A stretch of 63,045 nt of DNA, filler included, from Chiloscyllium plagiosum (GCF_004010195.1; 3 parts of one record of this genome joined end to end with filler, not necessarily neighbours in it), one strand, 5' to 3'; counted from the first letter of the whole stretch, positions 25,330-38,378 are shown. The notes: generated from the sequence alone by a model not told the origin. Translations and numbers: made by a program.

Positions 25330-26864
25330 TATTCATAAATGATGATGGTGAGAATGTGGAAGATGGACGGCAGTGGAATGATAACTAATGTTGGGGATGA
25401 CACAAAGATTATCTGGGTGGTTCACAGTGAGGAGGAAAGGGTTAGGCTACAGGACGATGTACACAGATGATTTCTATAGTCAGATTAATGGCCGATGAAG
25501 TTTAACACTGATAAATGTGAGATAATGCACATCTGAATTAACAAGACAAGTGAGTACTCAAACCGTGAAGGGCGAGGGCTAAATTTACTCCTTTTTTCAT
25601 TGCAGCAGGGAAGGTTGAGGAGGAAACCTGGTACAGGTGTACAAAAACATAAGGGGAATGGAGAAGATGAACAGAAGGCAGCTGTTTACCTCACTCGAAG
25701 GGTCAAAAACAAAGGGATACATGCTTAAAGTGAAAGGCAGGGGATTGAGAGAGAATTTGTGAGTCTGTGTTGAACTGAGAGGGTGGCACAGACATAGAAT
25801 ATAAAATTTCGACCGTGTGGAACTCGGCTCTTTGGCCCAACAAATCCACACTGACCCTCCAAAGAATAACCCACACAAACACGTTCCTCCTATATTTACT
25901 CTTGACCTACACACCCCTGAACACAATGGGCAATTAAGCATGACCAATTCACCTAACCTGCACATCTTTGGATTGTGGGAGTAAACCGAAGTACCTAGAG
26001 GAAACCACGCAGACACGGGTAGAATGTGCAAAATCCATACAGGCTGTCACCCGAGGCTGGAATCATTCCTGCGTCCACGCGTTCGAAGGCCGGAGTTCTA
26101 ACCACTGAACCATCGTTCTGCCCCTGGTGACATGTGGCTGGTGTGCCTTCCCTCGGCGGGTGATTGAGCAGATAATCTCACAAACTTTCAAAAAAGCCTT
26201 TGGATATGCATATACATGCATTTGAAAAGACACGGTTTCATAAGGAGCAATCAGCACTGCTTTGTGCATAGGATATCATAGCTCACAATTCTTCAGCGTT
26301 CTTTTGAGGAAGTGACCTGGAATGTTGATGAGAGTATGGTGGTAGACGTAGTCTATCTAGGTTTCAAAAAGGCCTTTGATAAGGTTCCACATGATAGGCT
26401 GCTCTGAAAGGTTCGATAGCATGTAATCCAGGGGGATCTGGCAAATTGGATACTCAATTTCCTTGATGGTAGAAAGCAGAGGCTAATACTGCAAGGATGC
26501 TTAATGAACTTGAGGCCTGTGACTAGTGGAGTGTCTCAGGGGTCGGTGCTGGGCCTATTACTGTTTGTTATCTATATCAATGATTTGGATGAGAATGTAG
26601 AAGGTATGATTGGTAATTAGGCTGATGACAATAAAATAGGCAGTACTGTGAACAGTGAGAAAGGCTATCAGAAATTTCAGCAGGACATTTTTTCAGCTGG
26701 GGAAGTGGGCCAAGAAATGGCAAATGGAGATTAATATAGATATGTGTGGGTTGTTGCATTTTGGAAAGTCAAATCCAGGTCGGAGTTTCGTGGTGAATGT
26801 TAGACCCTGAAGGAATGTAGTGGAACAGAGGGACCTTGGAGTTCTCTGAAGTGGTTCTCTGAAA
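25330..26864 (+). mobile_element. Decayed CR1 fragments (interrupted by HE1 SINE, cut by spacer)
   Basis: KAFDKVPH-like at ~26368, GVSQGSVLGLLLFVIYINDLD at ~26528, ADD at ~26621. Confidence 0.8.
25795..26123 (-). mobile_element. HE1-type V-SINE
   Basis: Reverse strand gives a tRNA-like head (ggttcagtggttagaac..), central tttgcacattctacccgtgtctgcgtggtttcctc..caaagatgtgcaggttagg, and a CR1-like tail. Confidence 0.88.
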
Positions 26865-26964
26865 NNNNNNNNNNNNNNNNNNNNNNNNNNNNNNNNNNNN
26901 NNNNNNNNTTAATTAATTAANNNNNNNNNNNNNNNNNNNNNNNNNNNNNNNNNNNNNNNNNNNN
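26865..26964. other. Artificial spacer: 44 N + TTAATTAATTAA + 44 N
   Basis: Exactly 100 bp; the 12-mer has stops in all six frames; identical construct at 58478-58577. Confidence 0.97.
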
Positions 26965-27239
26965 GAATGAGTGCCGACAGATGGGGTGAGAGGGGAGGGG
27001 AGAGAGGGCTGCTAGAGAGAGAGGTCGAGAGAGACGTAGGGGCCAGAGAAAGAAGGGCGAGAGTGGGGGTTCGAGAGAGTGGTGAGCGAGGCATGCAGGC
27101 GAGAGTGGGTGCGAGAGGGGAACTGCAGGAGGTAGGGAAAAAGTGTAAATAATATGTGGAGATGGAGCGCAAAGTGAGTTAGGGACATTTGGAAAGACAA
27201 ATGAGTGGATAGGTTGGGAGGGTGCATAGCTGTTCATTG

Positions 27240-28945
27240 AGGGGACAGGAACCTGTGTCTGGCAGCATCTCAGTGGAACTGGTGGAAATGGCGGCTGATG
27301 ATTTACGTTCTGCCTGCAAAAGAAGTCCCTGAGCTTTCTGTCACTTCGACACATGAGCCTGTTCCCTGGCCAACATCTCTGTTTTATGCTTACTGCAGTG
27401 TTCCAGTGAAGATTGATGCAAGCTGGCAGAACACTCCAGAACACACCAAATGGCCTCCAAATTCAAGGACTGCAATTTCTCCTCCCATGTGGATAAAAAT
27501 GCTTTCCAATGTATCTCCTGTTCTTCTTCCACTTTGAACAACACACCTCCACCTGTAACAAGGATAGAACCGCCCCGGTTCTTACCTTCTACCCAGATAA
27601 AACAAATCATCCTCCACTATTTCTACAACCTACAATCAGACCCCGCCACCAGATATATATTTATTTTCCAATCCCTTTCAGCATTCTGCAGAGACCATTC
27701 CCACTGTGAATTCCTCATTAGATCCACGCTCCCCACCAACCCATCCTCCACACCAGGCACCTTTGCTTGCCGTTGCAAGAGGTGAAAAACCTGTGCCCAC
27801 ACCATATCCCTCACTTCCATTCAAAGCCTTAAAGTATCGTTCCACATTCAGCATATATTTCCCTGCAATTCCAAACACCTCAATTATGGTGTCCTTTGCT
27901 TTTGATGAGGGCTCCTCTGCACTGGGGATTCAGGACGCCAACTCACGGAATATTTCAGGGAACATTTATGGGATACTTGCACCAACCAATACACCGCCCT
28001 CTGGCCAACCAATCCAAGCTCCCACTCACCCCGCCAAGGACATGCAAGTCCTGGGCGACCTCCACCCCCAAATTCGAACCACCCGACACCCGGAGGAAGA
28101 ACACCTCATCTTCCACCTTGGGACCCTTCAACCACACGGTATCGTTTCCTCATTCCCCTATCCCACCTTAACCCAGATCTAACCCTCCAACACGATACCA
28201 CCCTCTTGAACAGTCCCATCTGTCCATCTTCCTTTTCAATTATCCACTCCATTCTCTCACTATTACCCCGAATCAACATCTACCTATTAACTTCCTAGCT
28301 CCCTTCCCCCCAACCCCACACACACCTCCTATTTATCTCTTAGCACTCTTACTTCCCACCCCCAACCCTGGCATTTCTGATGACTCGCTTATGCACAAAA
28401 CGTCAATTCGCCTGCTCATTGGATGCTGCCTGCCCTGCTGTGCTTTTCCAGCAAAATGTTTAAGACACGCTGGAAAAACAACACATCATCTTCGACCTGG
28501 GCACCCTGCATCCCTCTGGCCTGAATATCAAATGCAATAACTTTAGGTCTTGAACTGTCCAGTGTCCTCACGCCTTAGTCCTCTACCCCACAGACAAGGT
28601 CTTGTTCTTACATAGTCTGCCGTTATACACTACTTATGGGTAGCCACTAACAGTCCCCACTAACAGCTATTCACCCTCACCTAGCCAGATCGTTATCCAT
28701 TCCTTTTTCCAGCTGCTCCCATTTCTAACTTTGGACTTTATCACCATCTATCATTTGTTCCTTAACCACTACCTTCTGCGGTATAAACTGACATTTTTTC
28801 TCAGTTCTGAAGAAGGATCATCAGATCTGAAATGATAATTGTGATTTCTCTTCACAGATGCTGCCAGACTGGCTCAGCTTAACCAGTAACTTCTGGTTGC
28901 TGTGTATGATTTACAGCATCTGCAGTTCTTTTGGTTCTAATTTAC
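27240..28945 (+). mobile_element. Penelope-like element with a second PLE nested at ~27445-28465
   Basis: Outer element is collinear with 39610-40240, including the same inversion junction; inner element has EEEHLIFHLGTLQPHG and its own tail; gctggcagaaca / gctggaaaaaca flank the nested copy. Confidence 0.75.
28807..28836 (+). ncRNA. Minimal hammerhead ribozyme motif in PLE terminal repeat (paralogue ~40103-40132 has CTCAGGA)
   Basis: CTGAAGA-A-GGATC-ATCA-GATCT-GAAA; helix II pairs fully; cleavage-site region degenerate. Confidence 0.55.
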
Positions 28946-28959
28946 CCAGAATTTCTAAT

Positions 28960-30110
28960 TCAGGTCGAGCAGCCAACACCGTGTATTCATAAACCTTCCC
29001 AGTCCACACTAACTCAATTTCTCTCCCAGTCTCTGCTGTCTCTCCCACTCAGTTCACACTCATTATCCCGCCCCCCCGCCCTCACAGTGACACCGGCCTG
29101 CAGAGCTCATGGTCACGTGTTGGCTCGCTGGACCCACTGTCATTCACTCCTATTGGTTGGAGGGTCACGCCAACTCTCCTGTTGGTCTGAAGCTGTGTCA
29201 GTCAGCCAGGCCCCTTGTGACGAGCGGTGGACTCCTCCATTGAGCGTCAGAGGCTAAGGAGTCACCTCATAGAGTTTTACAAAATCATGAGTTGCATGGA
29301 TAAGATAAATAGACACGGCTTTTCCCTCGGGCGTAAGAGTCCAGAACTAGAGAGCATAGGTTTCAGATGAGAGGGGAAATATTTAAATGGGACCCAAGGG
29401 GCAACACTGAAGTTGGTGTGCGTTTGGAGTCTTTGGTCGGGGAAGGGAGGAGGTTGGTACAATTATGCCATCTGGCATCTGGATGGGTATATGAATAGGA
29501 TGGATGTAGAGGGATATGTGCCAAGTGTTGGCTAATGGGACGAGCTGAGGTTTGGATATCTGGTCGGCATGGACCAGTTTAAAAAAAGGGTTTGTTTTCA
29601 TGCTGTACATCTCTTTGGTTCTGCACTGGGATGAGCTTCAACATTCACAGTGAATGGGGCAGATGCACAGAGCACAGGAGTTGAGGTCTATTCAGCCCAT
29701 TGGGACTGTACTCTATCCCTCTGGAGATGGTGTCAGTCTATCCCAACTCACCTCCCATTTGCCTGTAGCCCTCCAAACCCTTCATTAAAAAAGTTAAATT
29801 CCAAATTCGTTTTGACAATAAGTAATGAATCTGCATCCAGCTGTCATTCAAACTGTTCGAGATGGTCAGAACGTAATGAGTAACATAAGCTTCAAATTTT
29901 CACCCTGCATTATTTGCCACTTACCTGAAAGTAGTTACTGTAAATTGTGACAATGTTAATAATTTCTCACTCTGTCTCTCTTTAAATTAAATACCCTGGA
30001 AACAAATCTGTTCCTGGTCGAAATCACTGCTTAATATTCTCAACTCGAAGGAGAATTGTCTGACCTTCTGTTAAGTATCCATAAAAGAGACATCCCTCTT
30101 AATTTTAATG
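28960..30110 (-). promoter_or_regulatory. Promoter/first-exon module copy A with upstream flank (split by CR1 29270-29620)
   Basis: ATTGG at 29152, GGTCACGTG at ~29111, candidate donor GA/GTTAGT near 29010 on the - strand; alignable with 40250-41010, 41372-42040 and 61330-61945. Confidence 0.5.
29270..29620 (+). mobile_element. CR1 3' end inserted in module A only
   Basis: atagagttttacaaaatcatgag...gctgtacatctct; absent at the equivalent point of copies B, C and D. Confidence 0.85.
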
Positions 30111-30112
30111 TA

Positions 30113-30520
30113 ATAGTGTCATAGCGACGCTCAGCACAGTAACCGAACCTTCAGTCCAACTTGTCCATGCTGACCAGATATACTAAATGAATATCGTCCC
30201 ATTTGCCAGCACTTGGCCCATATACTTCTTAATCTTTCCTAATCACGTACCCAATTATGCTTTTTAAATTCAATCTGCCAATCTTCAGCCCATTTGATCG
30301 GAATCTCTTTGTACTCTGACGTAAGTTTACTGTCCACTGCGCCTCCAATTTGGTGTCTATTGTAAACCTACTAAACATAGCTCCTATCTTCACACAGAAA
30401 TCATTTATATAAATGGCAAAAAGCCGAGGACCCAGTACCCATCCTGACAGTCTGTTCAGCATCACTGACTTCAAGTCCGACAAGTACCTTCCACCATTCT
30501 CCTGACTGCTTTGCAAGATA
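30113..30520 (-). mobile_element. CR1 3' fragment at the same site as in modules B, C and D
   Basis: CR1 tail starts right after ttaattttaatgt, as at ~41010, ~42045 and ~61320(-); WVLGPRLFAIYIND in ORF 30229..30516. Confidence 0.8.
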
Positions 30521-30524
30521 AGAG

Positions 30525-31545
30525 TTCATGGAATACAGAACTAGCCATTTCTATATAGAACTGGCTCAAAGGCAGGAGACAGAGGGTGGTGGTGGAGGGT
30601 TCCTTTTCAAACTGGAGGTCTGTGACCAGTGGAATATAATAAGGATCGCTGCTGGATCCACTACTTTTCGTCATTTATACCAAAGACTTGGATGTGAACA
30701 TAGGAGGTGTAGATGATGAGATGTCACTGAAATTGGAGGTGCACTGGACAGCGAAAAAGATTACCTAAGAGTACTATAGGATCTTGATCAGATGGGTCAA
30801 TGGGTTGAGGAATGGAATTTTGGGAAAGCGAATCTTCGCAGGACTTATACCCTTAATGGTAAGGTCACGGGGTGTGCTACTGAACAAAGATACATTGGAG
30901 TTCAGGTTTATAGTTCCTTGAAAGTGGAGCCGTAGGTAGATATCATAGTGAAGACAGTATTTGATATACATTCCTTCATTGGTCAGAGTATTGAATACAG
31001 GATTTGGAGGTCATGTTGCGGCTGTACAGGGCATTTGCTAGGCCACGTTTGGAATATTGCGTACAAATCTGGTCTCCTTCCTATTGGAAGGATGTTATGA
31101 AACTTGATATGGTTCAGAAAAGATTTACAATAACGTCGCCAGGGTTGAAGGAATTGAGCGAGGTTGGGGGTTGAATAGAGGTTGAATAGACTGGGGCTGT
31201 TTTCAGTGGAGCGTCGTAAGGCGAGAGGTGACCATATAGAGGTGTATAAAATCATGAGGGGCATGGATAGGATAAATAGACAATGTCTCTTCTCTGGTAT
31301 GGGAGAGCCCAGCACTAGAAGGGATTGGCTTAGGGTGAGAGGGGTAAGTCTTTAAAGAGACTTGAGGGGTCACGTATTCACGTATAGGGTGCTATATGTA
31401 TGGAATGAGCTGCCAGAGAAAGTGGTGGAGGCTAGTACGATTGCAACATTTAAAAGGCATCCTGATGGGTATATGAAAAGGAGGGATATTGGCCGGGTGC
31501 TCGCAAGTTGGACTAGATTGGGTTGGGATATCTGCTCGGCATGGT
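30525..31545 (+). mobile_element. CR1 3' half
   Basis: RPRLEYCVQIWSP-like at ~31040; WNELPEKVVEASTIATFKRH in ORF 31362..31574. Confidence 0.88.
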
Positions 31546-31949
31546 CAGCAAAAACTGACGTGGAATACTTATAGAATCTCTCTCAACTCCTGCTGTTAGA
31601 CAGTCTTGTTGATCTTTGAGGATCGCCTTTCCATGCCTAGTTATTTTTTTGTCCTTAGTGTATTTATAGAATCTCTTTGGATTCTCCTTAAAACTATTAC
31701 CCAAAACCATCTCATGCCCCGTTTTTGCCCCCGGTTTCCCTCGAGTGTAGCCCGATTGCTCTTTTACTCCTCAAGGGATTCACTCAAACCCAGCTGTCTG
31801 TACCTACAAAATCCCTTCTTCATTTTCTTGATCTGAGCCTCAATTTCTTGGGTCATGCAGCATTCCCTACGCCTACCAGCCTCGACCTTAGCAGGAACAT
31901 ACTGTCTCTGTACTCTCATTGTGTCAGTTTTATGGGCCTATTGAGGCAA

Positions 31950-33525
31950 TTGCAGATGAAAACATGGAAACCATCAATATCAGTAAAGAGGTAGTGTTGG
32001 GAAAGGTAACAGCCTAAAGGTAGATGGGTCTCCTGGCCCTGATGGAATGCATCCCAGGGGACTAAAATAGATGAACGTGTGGAAATTGCAAATGCGCTCG
32101 GGATAATTCACTAAAATTTGCGGGCCTCAGGGAGGGTTCAGACAGATTGGAAAGCAGCAACCGTGATGCCACTATTTTTTTACAAAAGGACCCGTTAGGT
32201 AACTTCTGTAGTGCAGAAAATGCTTGAACTTCTCAAGGAAGTAGTACAGTGATAACTGGATAGAAATTACCCCATTGAGCAGACGCAGCATGGGTTCACA
32301 AAAGGCAGGTCATGTTTAACACATTTCCTGGAATTATTTGAGGACATGACGAGCGCGTTAGACGGGGGTGGGGTGGGGGGAAACGGGTGGATGTGGTACA
32401 GCTGGATTTCCAGAAGATATTCTACAAAGTTGCCACACAAAGGGTAACTATAATGGAAAGGTGCACGGCATTATGGGTAATGTATTAGCATAGATAGAGA
32501 GTTGGTAAAAGAACAAAAAGTAAAGAATGGGGATAAATGGGTGTTTGGATTAGTGTTGGTACTACAACTCTTTACAATTTACACTAATGCTTTGAAGTTG
32601 AGGATCAAGTGCACTGTATCAGAGTTCACATTTGACACGAAGATGAGGTAGAGTTATGTGTTTAGAGGCCACTGTAAGTCTACACAGGGATACAGATAGT
32701 TTAAGTGAGTGGGTAAGGATCTGGCAGATGAAGGACAATGTTGGGAAGTGTGAGGTCATCTACCTTGGTCGGGCTAACAGTAAACTAGATGATGAAATGG
32801 TGAAACATGCAGCATGATGCTGTACAAAGGGAGCTGGGTGCCCTTGTCCATGAATCACAGGAAGTTGGTTTGCAGGTGCAGCAGGTAAATAAGACAGTGA
32901 AGGGAATATTGTCTTTCCTTGCTAGAGGGAAGGTTATGCTGCAGCTGTACAGGGTGCTGGAGAGGCCACACCTGGAGTACTGTGTACAAGTTTTGTTCCC
33001 TTACATTAGCAATGATGTACTGGCACTGGAGGAAGTACGGAGGAGGGTCACTAGTTTGAGTTGGGAGTTGAGAGCGTAGGCGTACGTGGAAAGATTGAGT
33101 AGACTGGGACTAAACTCTTTGGAATTTAGAAGAATGGGAGGTTGGATAAGAACAAAATAAAATTATGAAGGGAGTAGATAAGATTGAAGCAGGGAGGTTA
33201 TTTCCACCAGCGGCAGTGACACTAGAGGGCATCACCTGACAATAAGGGGGAGCAGATTTAGGACTGAGTTCAGGAGCAAATTCTTCAGCTAAAGGGTTGT
33301 GAATCTGCGGGATTCCCTGCTGACTGAAGCAGTTGAGGCTGTCTTCTTGAATGCCTTCGATTCAAAATGTAGATTTGTGAACTGGAAAGGAATTAAGGGT
33401 TATGGTGAGAGAGAGCAGGGAAGTGGAGCTTAGGCCATGGAAAGATCATCGCTGATCTTATTGAATGGCAGAGAAGACCTGAGGGACCAGGTGGCCTACT
33501 CCTGCTCCTCTCCCTTGTGTTCTTA
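31950..33525 (+). mobile_element. Decayed CR1 RT to 3' end
   Basis: SPGPDGMHPR at ~32030, QHGFTKGRSCLT at ~32287, LERPHLEYCVQV in ORF 32807..33079; tail ggcctactcctgctcct. Confidence 0.85.
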
Positions 33526-33689
33526 TTTTCCCACTTCCCAGCCTTTCCTTTACCGGAGAAAAACCTCCCACAAACAGATTTTGATAGTACTTACCTTGTC
33601 CCGTTAAAATTGGCCTTTGTTCAATTTAGAATGTCAACTTTTTCATCTGGTCTATTCTTTTCCAGAACTATTTTAAAACTAGTAGAATC

Positions 33690-34185
33690 ATCAGAGAATC
33701 CATTCGACCCATTACATCCACACTGACGCTCAGAGCCTTCTACCCTACCCCTGTAACGCTGCATGGGCAATCCATCTAGCCTCCACATCCATTAACACTG
33801 TGGGCAATTCAGTCTGGATAATCCACCGAACCTACATATCCCTGAACACTATGGGCAATTTCTCATGTTCAATCCACCTAACCTGCACATCCCTGAACAC
33901 CACGGGAAATTCAGCCTAGATAATCCATCCAACCTGCACGTCCCTGAACACTATGGCCAATTCAGCCTGGATAATCCACCTAACCTGCACATTCCTGAAT
34001 ACTATAGGCAATTCAGCCTGGATAATCCACCCTATCTGCACATCCCTAAACACTATGGGCAATTCAGTCTGGATAATCTACCGGACCTGCACATCTTTGA
34101 ACACTATGGGCAGTTCAGCCTGGATAATCTACCTAACCTGCACATCTTTGCACTGTGCGAGGATACCAGAGCACGCAGACAACCC
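33690..34185 (-). mobile_element. HE1-type SINE with expanded internal repeat
   Basis: HE1 body resumes at cctgcacatctttgcactgtg after the array. Confidence 0.75.
33780..34136. repeat. Minisatellite, 7 x 51 bp
   Basis: Unit cctgcacatccctgaacactatgggcaattcagcctggataatccacctaa; gives the 17-aa periodicity of ORF 33865..34191. Confidence 0.93.
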
Positions 34186-34919
34186 CAATAAGGCGATCAT
34201 CGCTCTTTTATCTCTCAATTTCATCCAAATAACTTCACTGGGCGTACTGCCACGAATATCCTTAATAAGCTCAACTGTAATATTATTCCGAATCATATCT
34301 TGTCCACCTTTCTATCCTTCCTATAACATCTATATCCTGGAACATTTAGCTGCCAGTCATATCCATCCCTGAGCCACGTTTCTATAATACCCATGATATC
34401 CCAGTCCCATGTTCAAATCCATACCCTGAGCTCATCTGCCTTCCCTGTCAGGCCTCTTGCATTGAAGTAAATGCAGTGTAACTGCTCAGTCCCACCTCGT
34501 TCCATGCCTTGCGCTTGCTTGCCCTGATTCCTTGAACTGTACCAGCCTTAGACTTACCTCTTTTCTCACTATCATTTTGGGTTTATATTCACTCCCTCAC
34601 TGGTTTAATGCTTCTCGAGTAGCATTATCAAGTCTCCCGGCCTAGATATTAGACACCTTCCAATTCCAGTGCAATACATCCTTATGCAGGTCAACTCCAC
34701 TCCAGAGATTACAATGATCCAAAAATCCTTCTCCCCTGCACCAGCTCCTGCACCAGCTCCTTGGCCACTCATCCAGCACCACCTCTACTGTAATATGGAC
34801 ATTTTTCAAGATCTCTCCATCTATTTCACCACATTCTATATCTTCCATGTCCTTATCCACAGAAACCACGATTGCAAAATACTCGTTTAGTATCTCCCCC
34901 ATCGTATACAGCTCCAGGC

Positions 34920-36010
34920 ATAGACTGCCTTGTTGATCTTTGAGTTGCCATATTAACTCCCTGGATGGACTTGTTATGAATGTATTTGTAGAAGTCTTTT
35001 GGATTATCCTTAACCCTACTTGCCAAAGCTATCACCTGTCCTGTTTTTGCCCTCCGGATTTCCCACCTTAAGTACACTCCTTCTGCCTGTATACTCAAAG
35101 CGCGTTTTTTTTGGATTTTTGGGTTGAAATAAATGCAAAATATTGCAACTTGATAAAACAAGCTAAGGCCGGACTTACACTAATTAACAGTAATGCCTGG
35201 AGTCGTGATATACATCAAAGAGACCGAGGGCTTCAAGTCGTTGAAGTTTGTATCACATTTAGATATGTTGGTTCATAAGGTGTTTAGTACACATACCTAC
35301 ATTGCTCAGACGTTTAAGTATAGGAGTTGGGAGGTTAAGTTGGAGGTTGTACAGGATGTTGAGGAGGCCTCTTCGGGGATACTGTATCCAGTTCTGGTTG
35401 TGCTGTTATAGGTAGGATATTAGTAAATTGGAGCAGGTTGAGAAGAGATTTTCCAAGATATTGCCATGAATGGAGGGGTTGTTTTATAAGGACAAGCTGG
35501 ATGGGCTGGGTAATTTTTCACAAGAGCATGGGAAGTTGAGGAGTGATCTAATTAGTGGATTATAAATTCATGAAGAGTGTAGAGAAGGTGAGAGGGGAAT
35601 TCAGACTCGGGTGCCGAGGGGAGAGGGGAATTCAGACTCGGGTGCATTCATTTTTAGAGGTGAGAATGGTTTAAAAAAAGAAATTAGGGATTTTTAATTT
35701 TTTACACGTGTGGAATGAACTTCCAGAGGAAGTGGTAGCTGTAAATGTTGTTACAATATTTAAAAGACATTTGGATAAGTATATAAATATTAAATATTTG
35801 GATGGAAAGACTGGAGACAGGTGCGATTAGATTAGTTTGGAATTATGGTCGACATGGATTGATTGGACCACACGGTCTGTTTCCGTGCTGCATAACATTA
35901 TGATTCTAATTCTCACTATCTCTGAATTCCTCCATCCTCACAACTCTCCCTATCACTGTTCCCTCATCTTGCCTAACAACTCTTCCTTATCTCTATAATT
36001 CCTCTCCAGC
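34920..36010. repeat. Duplicated block, inverted partner 62020-63045
   Basis: Shares the same opposite-orientation CR1/CR1 junction (..tatactcaaag / ttttggatt..aataaatgcaaaatatt) and the downstream flank. Confidence 0.85.
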
Positions 36011-37285
36011 CTCACTATCTCTGGTATCAGAAACGTCTTGATCTCTGTAACATCCTCCACTCTCACAATTCACCCTATCTCTAACCTCCTTCATTCTCAT
36101 CACCCTCCCTATCTCTAATCTTGTCCAGTATCACAAATCTCTGTGATGTATCTCTCTTGAATTCCATCCTTGAGGATATACCATTTTTATTTGAGATTCC
36201 TTTACCCAGAGCTCAAGAATGTCCTGCTTCACCTCTCTGTCTCATTTTCCTCTCAGAAACGTTAACCAATCATATATCATCTATTCTAATATCCCCATCT
36301 CTGCCCTGGTTTCTAATGTGTCTTGTCATTTTTCGATATTAAGTGTCTAAGCGTTTTACACGACAGAAAGCTGTTATGTGGCCCATGAGGTTTGAGCTGT
36401 AAAGAAATATCCCAACCAGATTAATCCCATTATCCAAAACATAGCCCACAGACCTGTCAACCTTGGCATTTCAATGTGTATCTAATTTCATCTCCAGTCG
36501 TGTTGGGATTTTGTGTTCTCCACCCTCACAGACAGTGAGGTTTAACGCAATTGTTACTCGATGATGACATCACCCACAGGAACACAGAGCAGCTGGGTCT
36601 GTGCAAACCAGAGATTCGCATACATGGGAAAGGATGGAAGGTCCCTGAGAAGGGGCACAGAAGATATACCAGGATGGTTCGAAGAATGGAGGATTTTACT
36701 AGCACGCTTTGGATTTCTTTTACATTTTTAATTGGTATGATATATATGTTACCGAAACTCAGACAATATCCATCCACAATAGATGGACTCACCTTCTCAG
36801 CATCTCTCCTTGCCTGGGGTTTAAACAACCACCAGCCATCTCTCCCTAATGAGAGAAACAGCCCTACAGTCTGGTAGGAAAATGCTGACTTCACCTTTTA
36901 CACGGTAATGCCACTGTGCCTTGGGGATGCAGAGATAGAATGCTTAAGTTGGACACCACTCAGGCACAGTGCTTTGTCCTGGAGAATGTTCACTTTCTTT
37001 AATATTGTTGAGGGCTACACTGATGCAGGCAAGTGGAGAATGTTCCAACATAATTATGATTTGTACCTTGTAGAGAGCAAACAGACATTGGAGAATCAGG
37101 GGTTTGGGGAAACTGAGATTGTTCTCCTTAGAGCAAAGGAAATCGAGGGGAGCTGTAATACAAGTTTATAAAATCCATCCCAGTCAACTCAGGTTAGAAA
37201 CTCCCACCATCCTCTCCTCGTGGCCCAGGATGACTGTTCACAGTACCCCTTGTGGAGGTCAGCAGTCAATTCAGGGGCAAATCTA
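35760..37285. repeat. Duplicated block, direct partner ~52195-53930
   Basis: Same ordered mosaic: CR1 tail, ctccctatctct L2-like repeats, gatgatgacatca..gctgggtctgtgcaaacca, SINE, antisense LINE piece, CR1 piece, ctgtaatacaagtttataaaatccatc. Confidence 0.88.
36700..36900 (+). mobile_element. tRNA-derived SINE, decayed (paralogue ~53085-53280)
   Basis: ggactcaccttctca..aaacaaccaccag..taatgagaga..cagcccta..acttcaccttt in both copies. Confidence 0.55.
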
Positions 37286-37529
37286 TCAGTTTCCACCAGC
37301 AGCAGCAGTCCTCACTTTCGCCCAGAGATGAATCAGAGCAGTGTTGGCTCAGTCTAGGAATAAAAACAGAAAAAAAAATCAATTTCTCTTAGTTTGAATT
37401 TGATCTGTGTTAATCCTGCTCTGTCACTTCCTGCCAAGGAAGGCAGTGGGTTCGTGCCACTGCAGATTTCTGCATACAAAGGTGGCAGCCGCACACGTGT
37501 CCCGACGATCACTGCCCCAAATAAAGATG

Positions 37530-38378
37530 ATGTGGTGATGCTGTGTTGGACTGGAGTGGACAAAGTTAAAACACACACAATACAAGGTTTTTGTCCAACA
37601 GGTTTATTTGGAAGCACTAGATTTCAGAGCGCCGCTCCTTCATCGCGTAGTTATGGAGCGGGATCATAAGACACAATTTATAGTACAAGATTACAGTGTC
37701 ACGCCAGTTAAATGATATGTTGAACAAACCTAGATCGTTGTTAAGTCTGTCATCTTTTAGATTGGTCGTGCACATTTGGTTTCGTTAAAAGTAGTTCTGG
37801 GATTCACATATTAAGACACAGTCTCAAGAAAACTTAGGGTTATATAAAAAAAGTGACATCTCAACTCAGGCAATACGTTAAAAGTGAGAGCCTGTCCATA
37901 TACCAATCTTGAGACAGAATAGTTCTATTTCCTAAGTCAAATTCAGAAAATGTTACATGGATTCACTGCCTGCACTTACTGACTACCTGCATTCACTGCA
38001 CAATCTGCAGGCGGTCAGTCCATGTAAGATTTTGTTAATTCCACATTGGAAATTGAATCATTCTGTCTCAAGATTGGGATACAGACAGACTCACACCTTT
38101 ACTACATGGTCTGAGCTGAGATACCAGTTTTTTTTTACATAAAACTTTATGTAAAGTATGAGAATATTAAGAAAAGAACTTCTGGAATTTACAAGTTAAC
38201 AAAGGAAAACCTGCACCCCATTCTAAAAGGGGGAAGACTGAAAAGTCAAGGTTCGTTAAATATATCATTTCAGTTACATGACACTATCTTTTAATATAAA
38301 TTCTGTGTTTTATGATCCTGATTCACAACTACAAATAAACTTGTTGTACAAACCTTGGTGTCATGTGAATTTGAACTT
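37530..38378. mobile_element. Non-autonomous Penelope-derived foldback element with 17-bp TSD
   Basis: TSD tgccccaaataaagatg (37513-37529) / tgcccctaataaagatg (38379-38395); imperfect palindrome centred near 37990; decayed hammerhead-like GATGA-AGGAGCGGCGCTCT-GAAA on the - strand at ~37620-37645. Confidence 0.8.

Larger units (their letters stand above)
33530..35100 (-). mobile_element. CR1 endonuclease/tether fragments (interrupted by HE1)
   Basis: ALASRVKDNPKDFYKYI (ORF 34853..35161), MGEILNEYF (ORF 34642..34902). Confidence 0.75.

Noticed and set aside
26965..27240. Arg/Glu/Gly-rich and Ser/Pro/Leu-rich ORFs
   Set aside because: GA-rich low-complexity sequence at a contig end.
33780..34136. 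CRISPR-like or repeat-protein interpretation of the 51-bp array
   Set aside because: No unique spacers, eukaryotic context, and the unit derives from the HE1 SINE.
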